The notes below the pieces were generated by a model. The model had not been told where the DNA came from. It did not search any database and was given only the letters and a program-made list of their open reading frames with translations. The position numbers and the translations under genes are program-made. Shown one piece after another: positions 1-8,783 of a DNA stretch of 31,639 nucleotides. Position 1 is the first letter of the stretch; every line of letters starts with the position of its first letter. The stretch spans positions 1-31,639 of the forward strand of contig JAVZLH010000013.1 of assembly GCA_038883855.1 (NCBI GenBank). The letters are read 5' to 3'. Source of the stretch: Candidatus Bathyarchaeia archaeon (GTDB lineage: Archaea > Thermoproteota > Bathyarchaeia > Bathyarchaeales > Bathycorpusculaceae).

Positions 1-2946
1 CTAGATTTAGGGATACAAGTGGATGTTGAAGACGCCGGATTATATTATATCTGCGCAAATAATTTAGCCAACGCGTCCGACTACTTCATTAACGTTTATG
101 TCTACTGTTATACACAGATTTACTTATCGCAAGGAGTATATTATGTGAACTTTTCCATTTATGGACCCACAATTTACGCTTCACAAGTCACCAACATTTC
201 AACGATAAAATGGTTGTATCTGGACTTAGTAGACCAGCAAGCATATGCATTGTATTTAATTGACCATCGAGACAGCCTTCCATTGAACAACGCCTACAAC
301 TACACGGATTTTGAGTCTCACGCGCAACTGACAGGAAAAATCACAGACGAGGGAGTGGACGCGAACGGCAACGGATTACTTGATTATTTGAGGGTTGGGG
401 TTGAAATCAACGTTACAGAAGCTGGTTACTACGGCGTCGTCATAGAACAATTAGTTGACAACCAAGCAAATGACCTTTACATCCCCCATCGGGTTGAAAA
501 CTACTTCGGCTTGGGCAATCATACAGTTTACATTGAATATTATGGTCCGATGTTCGCTTACTACCACTTCAGCCCAGTAAACATCTCCTACGTGCACTTA
601 TATGAAATAGACACGAACGTAGGTTTAGGAGAAATCGAGTCAGCCACGCTTTCACAGACATATAACTACACGCTCTTTGAAGCGCCCTCAAAAGACATGC
701 AAATCTACTTCACCGTCTACCCGAATGGCACATTAAGTGTTGAAGGAGAACTCAACTTCACACACATGTACCCGCAAAACACAGGTCCAGCAATAAACGC
801 TTCAATAGACATCTCAACAACAGGAAGCACAACCGAAGGAACATTCAGCGGAAGCGTCGCTTTCCCAACAAATGGCGCTTTTGGATGGCCCTTCAACTCT
901 ACCGTGGCAAATTTAACCTCAAAATACGAAGGAGACTTGGTGAATTCAACTCTGGACTTATCCATGTTTATGCCGCCTGGGCTTGGAGGAAGTTACCCGT
1001 TTAACTCCACGGAATTTGAACTTGTCAGCTTGTACAAAAATGGAATGCTTAACGTGGATTTATGGGCTGAGACTACGCTGCCCGAATCCATCATGGCTAC
1101 TTTCCCATTTAATGCCACCGACCTGACAATACGCGCAGACTACGCGGGTAATCAACTTGTCGGCAACATAACCTTCCACCTTTTGGCTGGAGTTCCAGAA
1201 CTAGACATAACAGTCCATTTCACTGGCAACAAAACATATTTGCAATTGACTGATGATGTCAACGTGACTTACGGCAACTATTTTGGAACAGAAATAAACT
1301 CCACAACAATTGAACAATACCTCTATTACTTTAACAGCACAATTCCAGGGCAAGATTCAGGTTCACTGTATAACATGACTTGGGGAATGCTTGAATGCAC
1401 AAGCTTAGAGACGACGAAAACCGAATGGCCTAGCGGGCTAGGCGCAGACATCCAATACAACGCCACTATCCAAGGAAACTTCACATTGTTCTTCGCTAGA
1501 CTTTTAACTTCGCTGGTTTCTGGCTCTTCTGAAGAACTCATTTATGCAGTGTTAGAATCAGCGTTTTCCTCTGTTGAGAATGCATCCTTAACAGTGAATT
1601 ACTATTATATGTCTGGAATAGCGAAAGTTAATTTAAACCTCAATTGCGACGTTAAAGCTTTATGGAGTACGGCATTGGAGCTTGTCCCATCAACAGTTCC
1701 GTCTGAAAACAGAACGCAGGTTGAGGCGATGCTTAAAATTGCAAACGCTTCAGCCTACGCAATCCAAGACTTTAGCTTAAACGCGTCTTATTCAAGCGCT
1801 GAACAGAAGCTAGATTTAGACGCCTACATTTTGTCTAATGCGACTCAATTGGAAAATAAATTGAGATTGATACTGCCCGATGCTGTTCCGCCAGAACTGC
1901 GTCCTATTTACGAAGCTTACTTGAGCGTCACCTACTGCAACCCAACCTATTACGAGGCAACATTCAACTATGTGAATGGAACAGGCGAATTCGAAGTTTA
2001 CTGGACTTGCGAAGGCGACTTCAAGGCGCAGCTAAACCATGTGAAACGCTTCTACATAGACTATTTGAACGCAACATCACCATGGATGCTTGACTGGTCG
2101 CTTCGCCTACTCAACGAAACCGAGATAGATGCAAGCGACTTTTCCGCAGACTTCAAATTGGCAAGAGATGAAATGCATCTAACGTTCAGTGGAGTAGTCA
2201 TAAAGCCTCCAAAAGACGAAGTAAACCCAATAATATTCAAACTCTACCGATTCTTCAACACAACAAGCTACGACCCCCTTGAGCCTCCACGCGAATTCGA
2301 AAAACTCAAAATAGTAATAACGGCAAGCTTCAACGAAACCCACATAATACTGCTTTACGCGCCTGGCACTGTGCCAACACCAGACGAAACATCATTGGAC
2401 TTTAAGAGTATGGCTTGGGAAAATGTTACCATGAGCAGCCTAAAAGACTTAAACTTCAAAATAGCCTATCAAGCTGAGGTTGATTATGCTGGAGAAAAAT
2501 ACTACATTCCAATATTCACAAACTCAACCGTAGACTTGGGCAGCTTCAACTTTAACGCAGGCGCAAAAAGAATAAGTTTCAACGTTACCGGCGAAAGCGG
2601 AGCAGGATTCTGTGAAATAACAATTCCAAGGGCACTCTTAAACGCGTCCCGCTCAGAGTGGATTGTAAGGCTTGACGGACAAACACTAACTTTGGATGAA
2701 GATTATACTGTGACGGAGAACGCTGAATATGTTTTCATAAGCCTCAACTACACTCACTCAAGCCACCTAATTGAAGTGGAGGGGACATGGGTTGTGCCGG
2801 AGTTCCAGCCAAACATACTTGCACCAATACTAATAGCCCTAAGCCTCATTGCAGTTGCAATCGCCATCAGCCAAAGAAAGAAACTAGGCGTTGTTAAAGC
2901 GCGATATCAAAAGATAGCATATGCCCTTCTAACAAAAATTCACTAA
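1..2946 (+). CDS. Large cell-surface glycoprotein with ~122-aa repeats and C-terminal PEF-CTERM-type sorting signal (5'-truncated by window)
   Basis: Frame is open from base 1 (LDLGIQVDVEDAG...). Repeats end YNYTDFE/YNYTLFE; DANGNGLLD Ca-binding-like loop; many N-x-S/T sequons; C-terminus GTWVVPEF + hydrophobic helix + RKK. Confidence 0.8.
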   Translation, partial: LDLGIQVDVEDAGLYYICANNLANASDYFINVYVYCYTQIYLSQGVYYVNFSIYGPTIYASQVTNISTIKWLYLDLVDQQAYALYLIDHRDSLPLNNAYNYTDFESHAQLTGKITDEGVDANGNGLLDYLRVGVEINVTEAGYYGVVIEQLVDNQANDLYIPHRVENYFGLGNHTVYIEYYGPMFAYYHFSPVNISYVHLYEIDTNVGLGEIESATLSQTYNYTLFEAPSKDMQIYFTVYPNGTLSVEGELNFTHMYPQNTGPAINASIDISTTGSTTEGTFSGSVAFPTNGAFGWPFNSTVANLTSKYEGDLVNSTLDLSMFMPPGLGGSYPFNSTEFELVSLYKNGMLNVDLWAETTLPESIMATFPFNATDLTIRADYAGNQLVGNITFHLLAGVPELDITVHFTGNKTYLQLTDDVNVTYGNYFGTEINSTTIEQYLYYFNSTIPGQDSGSLYNMTWGMLECTSLETTKTEWPSGLGADIQYNATIQGNFTLFFARLLTSLVSGSSEELIYAVLESAFSSVENASLTVNYYYMSGIAKVNLNLNCDVKALWSTALELVPSTVPSENRTQVEAMLKIANASAYAIQDFSLNASYSSAEQKLDLDAYILSNATQLENKLRLILPDAVPPELRPIYEAYLSVTYCNPTYYEATFNYVNGTGEFEVYWTCEGDFKAQLNHVKRFYIDYLNATSPWMLDWSLRLLNETEIDASDFSADFKLARDEMHLTFSGVVIKPPKDEVNPIIFKLYRFFNTTSYDPLEPPREFEKLKIVITASFNETHIILLYAPGTVPTPDETSLDFKSMAWENVTMSSLKDLNFKIAYQAEVDYAGEKYYIPIFTNSTVDLGSFNFNAGAKRISFNVTGESGAGFCEITIPRALLNASRSEWIVRLDGQTLTLDEDYTVTENAEYVFISLNYTHSSHLIEVEGTWVVPEFQPNILAPILIALSLIAVAIAISQRKKLGVVKARYQKIAYALLTKIH

Positions 2947-2954
2947 CCATAAAC

Positions 2955-2978
2955 CTCCTTTTTTATCTCTTATTTTTC
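2955..2978 (+). terminator. Probable archaeal oligo-U terminator
   Basis: CTCCTTTTTTATCTCTTATTTTT just after the stop codon. Confidence 0.5.
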
Positions 2979-3033
2979 GAAACCTATTTGTGTCGGGCTT
3001 TTTCTTAAATAAGTAGGGAGATGTTTAGTTTAG

Positions 3034-3501
3034 TTGTTTAAAAAAATTCTCGTTCCCCTAGATGGTTCCGAACATTCTTTAAGAGCCTTAAATGTTGCAG
3101 TTCAAATAGCGAAAAAATTCGGTTCAAAAATAACTTTACTTCACGTTTACTCTGTAACCGTTAGACCAGCCATGATACCAGAACCAACACCGATGTTATC
3201 TTTAGGAATTCCAGTAATGACTCCAGCTGAGGTTTCAAGCCTTATCGAAGCAACACGTAAAGCTGGCAACAAAATTCTCGCAGAAGGCGAAGAGAGAGCC
3301 AAAGCCGAAGGCGTTGAAGTTGAAACAAGACTTGAAGAGGGACATGCGGTTCAAGAAATCATCCGCGTCTCCAAAGAAGGCGGCTACGACCTAATTGTTA
3401 TGGGGGCTCAGGGGATAAGCAAACTGAGAGAAATCCTTCTGGGGAGTGTAAGCAACGCGGTTACACATCACGCAACATGCCCGGTTCTAATTGTCAAATA
3501 G
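3034..3501 (+). CDS. Universal stress protein (UspA family)
   Basis: KKILVPLDGSEHS...A N-terminus; DLIVMGAQG...LLGSVS..V.HHATCPVLIV ATP-binding signature. Confidence 0.95.
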   Translation: MFKKILVPLDGSEHSLRALNVAVQIAKKFGSKITLLHVYSVTVRPAMIPEPTPMLSLGIPVMTPAEVSSLIEATRKAGNKILAEGEERAKAEGVEVETRLEEGHAVQEIIRVSKEGGYDLIVMGAQGISKLREILLGSVSNAVTHHATCPVLIVK

Positions 3502-3512
3502 ACCCATCTGGG

Positions 3513-4514
3513 CTATAAAACTGGCTCGGCAATCAACAGATTATGCTTGTTCGCCACAATTCTAGCCTTCAACTTTGCGCCCACCGGAATTTCCTCAGCG
3601 TTAACAATGGTTAAACACCTATCTCCCTTGCTTGTTACAGCCAACTTTTCTCTCTTCAGCCAACCCGGTCCAACAACCTCAACTTTCACAACTTCAAATT
3701 TTCTGTAAGGCACAGGAAGCATGGTTCGTTTGTGTATCCCGAAGTCTTCTGGATTAAGCAAAAGCTTAACCTTAAACTCTTTTTCCCAGACACGCATCTG
3801 CTCATAAAACCTATTCCACGGGAGCGGTTTAACCCCTTTCACCTTTCTTCCATGCTTATGGGCTTCATATCTCTGGATACCTAGAGGAGGAAATTTTCTG
3901 CCAACCCCCAACTTAACAGCTAAATCTATTATTTTTGGAATTTCCTCGGTGTTCTTTTCTGGAATCCAGACGGGAGCCAAAAGCAACTCTACCTTCGAAT
4001 TTAACGCGATATAGCGGGCTAATTCAACAACTTTTTCCACATCATACCATTTTGTGTCCGCCAATTCCCTAGCCAACTGCGAGTCTAAAGCGTCTATCGA
4101 CAAGTTTATTCTTGTTAAACCAGCGTCCGAAAGTCTATCAACAAGTTTCTCGTTCAAAACCGAGCCATGTGTCTGCATGGAAACCGTTTCTACACCTTCC
4201 ACTTGCCTCAAACTTGAGACAAGCTCAACGATTTTGGGGTAAGTAAGGGGGTCTCCAACAGTGTCGATGTGGGCTTCTATATGCTTTCTTCCCTTGAAAG
4301 CAGCAATTTTCTCAAACTCCTCCACCAAATAGTCCAAAGGCACAACATACTCTGTCTGACGTATCTTAGACTTTGGACCGGCGTTTGTCGAACAGAAGAT
4401 GCAGGAAAGCGGGCAGGTCGAAACTGGGCGAACTTGAATGAGATTTGTTCCTCTGTCAATTAAGCCGAAGGCTATGCAACCAACCAACGGTATCCGGCGT
4501 GAAACCTCAAACAT
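3513..4514 (-). CDS. Radical SAM protein with C-terminal TRAM-like domain (archaeal COG2100-type)
   Basis: AFGLIDRGTNLIQVRP then CPLSCIFC (CxxxCxxC); EAHIDTVGDP; MQTHG; beta-rich C-terminus (VEVVGPGW...KARIVANKHN). Confidence 0.85.
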   Translation of the reverse strand: MFEVSRRIPLVGCIAFGLIDRGTNLIQVRPVSTCPLSCIFCSTNAGPKSKIRQTEYVVPLDYLVEEFEKIAAFKGRKHIEAHIDTVGDPLTYPKIVELVSSLRQVEGVETVSMQTHGSVLNEKLVDRLSDAGLTRINLSIDALDSQLARELADTKWYDVEKVVELARYIALNSKVELLLAPVWIPEKNTEEIPKIIDLAVKLGVGRKFPPLGIQRYEAHKHGRKVKGVKPLPWNRFYEQMRVWEKEFKVKLLLNPEDFGIHKRTMLPVPYRKFEVVKVEVVGPGWLKREKLAVTSKGDRCLTIVNAEEIPVGAKLKARIVANKHNLLIAEPVL

Positions 4515-4535
4515 TCCGCTGCAAGTTAGTTCTTT

Positions 4536-4594
4536 CCAAAATTTAAGTTGTTCCCAAAAAGTTTATATCCAAAATTTTAGAGGCAAAATTTTGC
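4536..4594 (+). promoter_or_regulatory. BRE/TATA promoter of the MFS gene with repeated CAAAATTT(T)-type palindromic sites
   Basis: AAAAAGTTTATAT at 4556-4568; CCAAAATTTAAG 4536, CCAAAATTTTAG 4569, perfect GCAAAATTTTGC 4583-4594. Confidence 0.5.
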
Positions 4595-4680
4595 TGAAGT
4601 CTGGAGGCAAGCCGACGGAATAATGTCCATGTCTGAAACAGTTTGCAAATACACCCAAGGAGTATTCGGAGGGTGTACGT

Positions 4681-5241
4681 ATGCTGAAGTCAAGGTTACT
4701 CCTATTACTCACGTTGAGTACCCTATACTCTTTAGGAGTCGGCTTGCTCGGTCCAGTCTATCCCATTTTTGTTGTTAACCGTTTCTCAGCCTCCGTCATA
4801 GACATAGGCATATTATATGCCGTCTTCTGCTTGACCGCAGCCATCTTTAAGGCTGTTGCAGGAAAGCTTGTTGATGTTTATGGAAATGAGAAGGTCTTTT
4901 TTGCTGGTGTTATGGTTGGGGCCGCCTGCTCGCTTTCCTATATTTTTGCCTTTGATTTAGTTCAGCTTTACCTGATCGAGTTCTTTTTCGGGATATCCTA
5001 CGCTCTCCAACGCCCATCCATCCTCACTTTACTGGTGGACCTCAGCGACAAAAACAAGAGAGGCTTATTCTTGGGAATGTTTGAATCCGTTTATGACATT
5101 GCAGAAGCCGCTGCAGCACTACTCTCCACGCTAATAGCAACAAAAATCGGGTTTGAACCCCTATTTTTCATATGTTCAGGATGTCAAGCAACAACAGGAA
5201 TCTTTGTCCTAAAATCTGCTGGAAAGGGTTTGCAACGCTAA
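4681..5241 (+). CDS. Half-size (about 6 TM) MFS-fold transporter
   Basis: Motif A-like GKLVDVYGNEK; DLSDKNKRGLFLG loop motif; about six hydrophobic segments; GGAGG SD. Confidence 0.8.
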   Translation: MLKSRLLLLLTLSTLYSLGVGLLGPVYPIFVVNRFSASVIDIGILYAVFCLTAAIFKAVAGKLVDVYGNEKVFFAGVMVGAACSLSYIFAFDLVQLYLIEFFFGISYALQRPSILTLLVDLSDKNKRGLFLGMFESVYDIAEAAAALLSTLIATKIGFEPLFFICSGCQATTGIFVLKSAGKGLQR

Positions 5242-5285
5242 AGTTATTACTCAGCGCCTTCACTTGTTAAAAATGGCACTTTCGA

Positions 5286-5361
5286 AGCCCGGTGGTGTAG
5301 CGGTCAAGCATGGAGGCCTCTGGAGCCTCTGACGAGAGTTCGAATCTCTCCCGGGCTACCA
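5286..5361 (+). tRNA. tRNA-Gln (anticodon CUG), CCA encoded
   Basis: Acceptor AGCCCGG/CCGGGCT, anticodon arm GAGGC-CT CTG GA-GCCTC, T-arm GAGAG-TTCGAAT-CTCTC, ends ACCA. Confidence 0.97.
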
Positions 5362-5803
5362 ATTACTGTTTTGGCCGTACCCCTCGTCTAAATCTCTAGC
5401 AAGCGCAATTTAATTTTAGGAGTTTTGTGAAGAAAGTGATTATCTCAATTATTTTTGGGTGCCTTCCGCAGAATGACCGCTTTATACAGTTCACGATCAC
5501 CCGTGTGATATTTTTCTTTCACCAATCCAGCATTCTTTTTGAAAAATCGTGTCTTTCATTCCTCAGAGCATAAATTGTTGGACAAACATCTTGGCCAGAA
5601 AATGGCATGTGCGTAAGTCTTGTTTTTGAAAGAAGTTCTTCCACACGCCTTTTCCATCGTATTCTAACATGGCTTTAATAAAGGTGAGAGGTTTTTAAGC
5701 GGTATTTTTGCAGAACGTCTGAATACAAGTCATCTTTTTACGCCTCTTTCCTTCATCATTTTGTCTTACTTCTGAGAGAAAACTTTTACTCAAGATTTTC
5801 TCT

Positions 5804-6502
5804 TTATTCGAGGATGATTCTGGCATCTACTGTTTTTGCTCCCTTCTCATAAACCATTATTGGGTTTAGGTCAAGCTCCTTAATCTCCTGATGCTCCATA
5901 ACAAGCCTAGAAGTTTTCAACAAAATATCCACTAAAGTGTTTATGTCTGCTGGTGGCAGATTCCTATAACCCTTCAAAAGCGGATAAGCCTTAACCTCAG
6001 TTATCATTTCTCGGGCTTCCTCTTCGGTTATAGGCGCTATTCTGAAAGTTACATCCTTCAAAATCTCCACAAAAATTCCGCCGATACCAAACATTATGGC
6101 TGGACCAAACTGCGGGTCTTTAACTGCGCCAACTATGACTTCGGTTGAGGCTGGAGCCATCTCTTGAACGAGTATACCCTCTATTTTCGCGTCGGCCTTG
6201 TGCTTCTTCACATTTTCCAAAATCTTCGTATAAGCATCGCGGACGTCATTAGCGTCTTTCAAGTTTACGATGACTCCGCCAACATCAGACTTGTGAATAA
6301 CGTCGGGTGAAACAATTTTTAAGACAACTGGATAGCCTATTTCCTCAGCGAATTTAACGGCTTCAGCCTCGCTTTTAGCTAACTTAAACTTTGTAACTGG
6401 AATACCATACTCCATACAAACACTTTTAGCTTCGGTTTCGAGAAGATATTTTCTTCCTTCACTGCGGACACGTGAAAAGAGTTGGGAAGTTTTTTGCGAC
6501 AT
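5804..6502 (-). CDS. acdB: ADP-forming acyl/acetate-CoA ligase beta subunit (ATP-grasp)
   Basis: GYPVVLKIVSPDVIHKSDVGGV, VQEMA, DPQFGPAIMFGIGGIFVE, ELDLNP, VDARI. ATG 6502 follows GAGGTG (ORF track starts at 6523). Confidence 0.92.
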   Translation of the reverse strand: MSQKTSQLFSRVRSEGRKYLLETEAKSVCMEYGIPVTKFKLAKSEAEAVKFAEEIGYPVVLKIVSPDVIHKSDVGGVIVNLKDANDVRDAYTKILENVKKHKADAKIEGILVQEMAPASTEVIVGAVKDPQFGPAIMFGIGGIFVEILKDVTFRIAPITEEEAREMITEVKAYPLLKGYRNLPPADINTLVDILLKTSRLVMEHQEIKELDLNPIMVYEKGAKTVDARIILE

Positions 6503-6614
6503 CTTTTCTAGCACCTCAAACATATGTAGGTTAAGAAGAAGTAGTTTATTTTCAAGTATTTAACGTAAACTGTAATGCGTAAAGGGTAAGAATGATGTTT
6601 TTGGTCTTTCACGG

Positions 6615-7073
6615 TTAGGGCGGTGGAGGTGGAGGCCATCCGCTTTCGTAGTACCATAGAAAGATTTCATTGTCGGCAACAGAGTAAGCGTCTGAGCTTA
6701 TGTCGATGCGTGTCCAATTAAGCATGTAACCGTCCCATTTCCACCATACCCATCCATGAGAAGCGTTGTAGGATAAACCGTTTATCGATTTCACGTAAAC
6801 GCCAAACCCTGCAGCTGTGTCGTATTCTACATTTGCTATGCTTTTTGTAATTTTGAACAATGTCATTCCTGTCAACGCTTTTGTGTTATTATGCCATATC
6901 CGCGTATTGTTACCGTAATCTATACCTATATTCACGTAAATTGCTACACCGCCTATCCTGTTAACGATGTCATTGTATTGGAGCCAATAGTAACCAGCAA
7001 ACAACGATGCTATCAGCGCCCACACAAAGAAAGCCATAGAAACCAATGCCCACTTATTTTTCAGAAATGACAT
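6615..7073 (-). CDS. Membrane-anchored DUF4430 (transcobalamin C-terminal-like) protein
   Basis: N-terminal TM helix; IGIDYGN, FGVYVKSING, W.WW, S.D.Y.V.D...WYY pattern. ATG 7073 follows GGAGGTGA. Confidence 0.75.
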   Translation of the reverse strand: MSFLKNKWALVSMAFFVWALIASLFAGYYWLQYNDIVNRIGGVAIYVNIGIDYGNNTRIWHNNTKALTGMTLFKITKSIANVEYDTAAGFGVYVKSINGLSYNASHGWVWWKWDGYMLNWTRIDISSDAYSVADNEIFLWYYESGWPPPPPP

Positions 7074-7671
7074 AATTTTCACCTCCCACAAGTTGAAAGA
7101 CAGCATTAATTGCTGGAACACAACCTAACCCAAAGAAAAGCGCGTTGCTAGCCATGTGTAAAACCCCAAAAGGAACAAAACCGACGACTATGGCGAAGAG
7201 AATGTTCCAACCGCTTACATATCCAAACACAATGTTTGTAATCAAGTCATAGATAAGCGTCAACAATACTCCAAGAAACGCAAAAAAGAGACACAATGGA
7301 ACCCTTTCATTTCTGAAACCATCAAATCCATCACTGTTCAGACTTCTCTTAACAAATGCCCCTGCAATACCATAAATCGCTTCAGAAAACATCGTAGAAA
7401 GCCAAACTGGAAACGAAAAACCTAAAGGATTTAAAGAACCATAAACCACCCAAGACGTTACACCAATCATTGCCCCAGCTAAAGGCCCAAAACAAAAACC
7501 CCCAACAAAGACAATGAAGTCCATGAGCTTTACATTGTACAGCGATATCATCGCATAGTTGGTGCCTATTGACAGCGCCGTCAAAACTGCAATTACTGCT
7601 ATTTGTACAGCGTGTTTCACGATTGTTGGATGGATTATCCAACCATATAAATCTTTCGAATTAGCTCTCAA
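7054..7671 (-). CDS. ECF transporter S component (CbrT-like, possibly corrinoid)
   Basis: IAVIAVLTAL...YNVKLMDFIVFVGGFCFGP..G, NPLG, YDLITN, HMASNA; about 6 TM; overlaps the DUF4430 gene. Confidence 0.75.
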   Translation of the reverse strand: MRANSKDLYGWIIHPTIVKHAVQIAVIAVLTALSIGTNYAMISLYNVKLMDFIVFVGGFCFGPLAGAMIGVTSWVVYGSLNPLGFSFPVWLSTMFSEAIYGIAGAFVKRSLNSDGFDGFRNERVPLCLFFAFLGVLLTLIYDLITNIVFGYVSGWNILFAIVVGFVPFGVLHMASNALFFGLGCVPAINAVFQLVGGENYVISEK

Positions 7672-7704
7672 AGTTCCTATGTTTTAATGCGAGAATTTCA
7701 CAGT

Positions 7705-8679
7705 TTAGCTTTTGCTTTGGCTTAGTTCTTGTAGGGCTTTTAGGCGTTTTATTATGTTTGGGTGTGTTGAGAACACTTCAACCAGCTTGTCCAGGGTTGT
7801 CGGTTCTTGTGAAAGCATTTCTTGGACTAGTTTTTGGTCGCTTGAGGCTGTCATCGTTGCGACCGCCATAGCCTCGATTTCTGCGCGGTCTGGGTCTGTT
7901 ATGAAGAGGGCTTTGAAGGCGTTTAGGTTCTGCATGTTTTTCGCTGTTCGCTTCATGCTTCCGGTTGCGTGAACTATTTTTGCCAAGCCTTCGGAAAGCT
8001 TTCTCGGACCGTCTTCAACTATGGCGGCGCTGTGTCTGTCAGCGTAATACTCGCGGACGCGACTTAGGAATGAAACGCAAACGTATGTTAGGAACATTGA
8101 GAAAGCCACTAAGCCCATGCCAAGCAAGGCAGCGGCACCACTGCCTTCTTCTCTCCTTCTGCTGTACATTGACGACATCATAAGTGAGTAACCTATGTAG
8201 TAGAAGAGCGCTGGCAGAAGCGAAACAAGCATCATAACTTGAACGTCTCGGTGTTTAAGATGTCCCAACTCATGACCGATAACCGCCTCAACCTCCTCAT
8301 CATCCAAGGTTTTTAGCAGTCCGTCTGTGACGGCGACGCGGTTTCCAGCTATCGGCGAGCCATAGGCAAAAGCGTTCGGAATGGGAATGTTCGCCAGCAT
8401 AAGCCTCGGCTTTTTAACTCCGCTTTTACTGCTTAAGTTTTCCACCATCTGGTGAAGTTTTGGATGTTCGCCTTCTGGGATTTCTCTTACGCGGTAGAGG
8501 GCGTCAATAATATAGGGTGATATTAGCCACTGTAGAATATTGAAGGCTACCACAAAGATTCCTATGAAAATTAAATCGAATTGGAGAAGGCTTAGAATTA
8601 CAGTTAGGACTAACGTTGATAAGGTGAAGATTATGGCCAAAGCGGCAATCATTGACATTCGAAGCTTCCAAATACTCAT
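7705..8679 (-). CDS. htpX: Zinc metalloprotease HtpX (M48)
   Basis: PNAFAYG, VAVTDGLL, AVIGHELGHLKHRD, SRVREYYAD, FSTHP...RL. Confidence 0.95.
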   Translation of the reverse strand: MSIWKLRMSMIAALAIIFTLSTLVLTVILSLLQFDLIFIGIFVVAFNILQWLISPYIIDALYRVREIPEGEHPKLHQMVENLSSKSGVKKPRLMLANIPIPNAFAYGSPIAGNRVAVTDGLLKTLDDEEVEAVIGHELGHLKHRDVQVMMLVSLLPALFYYIGYSLMMSSMYSRRREEGSGAAALLGMGLVAFSMFLTYVCVSFLSRVREYYADRHSAAIVEDGPRKLSEGLAKIVHATGSMKRTAKNMQNLNAFKALFITDPDRAEIEAMAVATMTASSDQKLVQEMLSQEPTTLDKLVEVFSTHPNIIKRLKALQELSQSKS

Positions 8680-8783
8680 TTCTTATTTTCACCAGTATTG
8701 ATTCAGCAATAAAGGGTGACTTATATCTTTTATGGCAAGACGTAGATTATCCTTAAATACGTCATTAAAGAAAATTCATCGTT

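Noticed and set aside
5362-5800. Possible gene remnant downstream of tRNA-Gln
   Set aside because: Only short minus-strand frames with no recognisable motif; no att repeat or integrase.
7672-7704. Cobalamin riboswitch before the S component
   Set aside because: Only 33 bp are available and no B12 box is visible.
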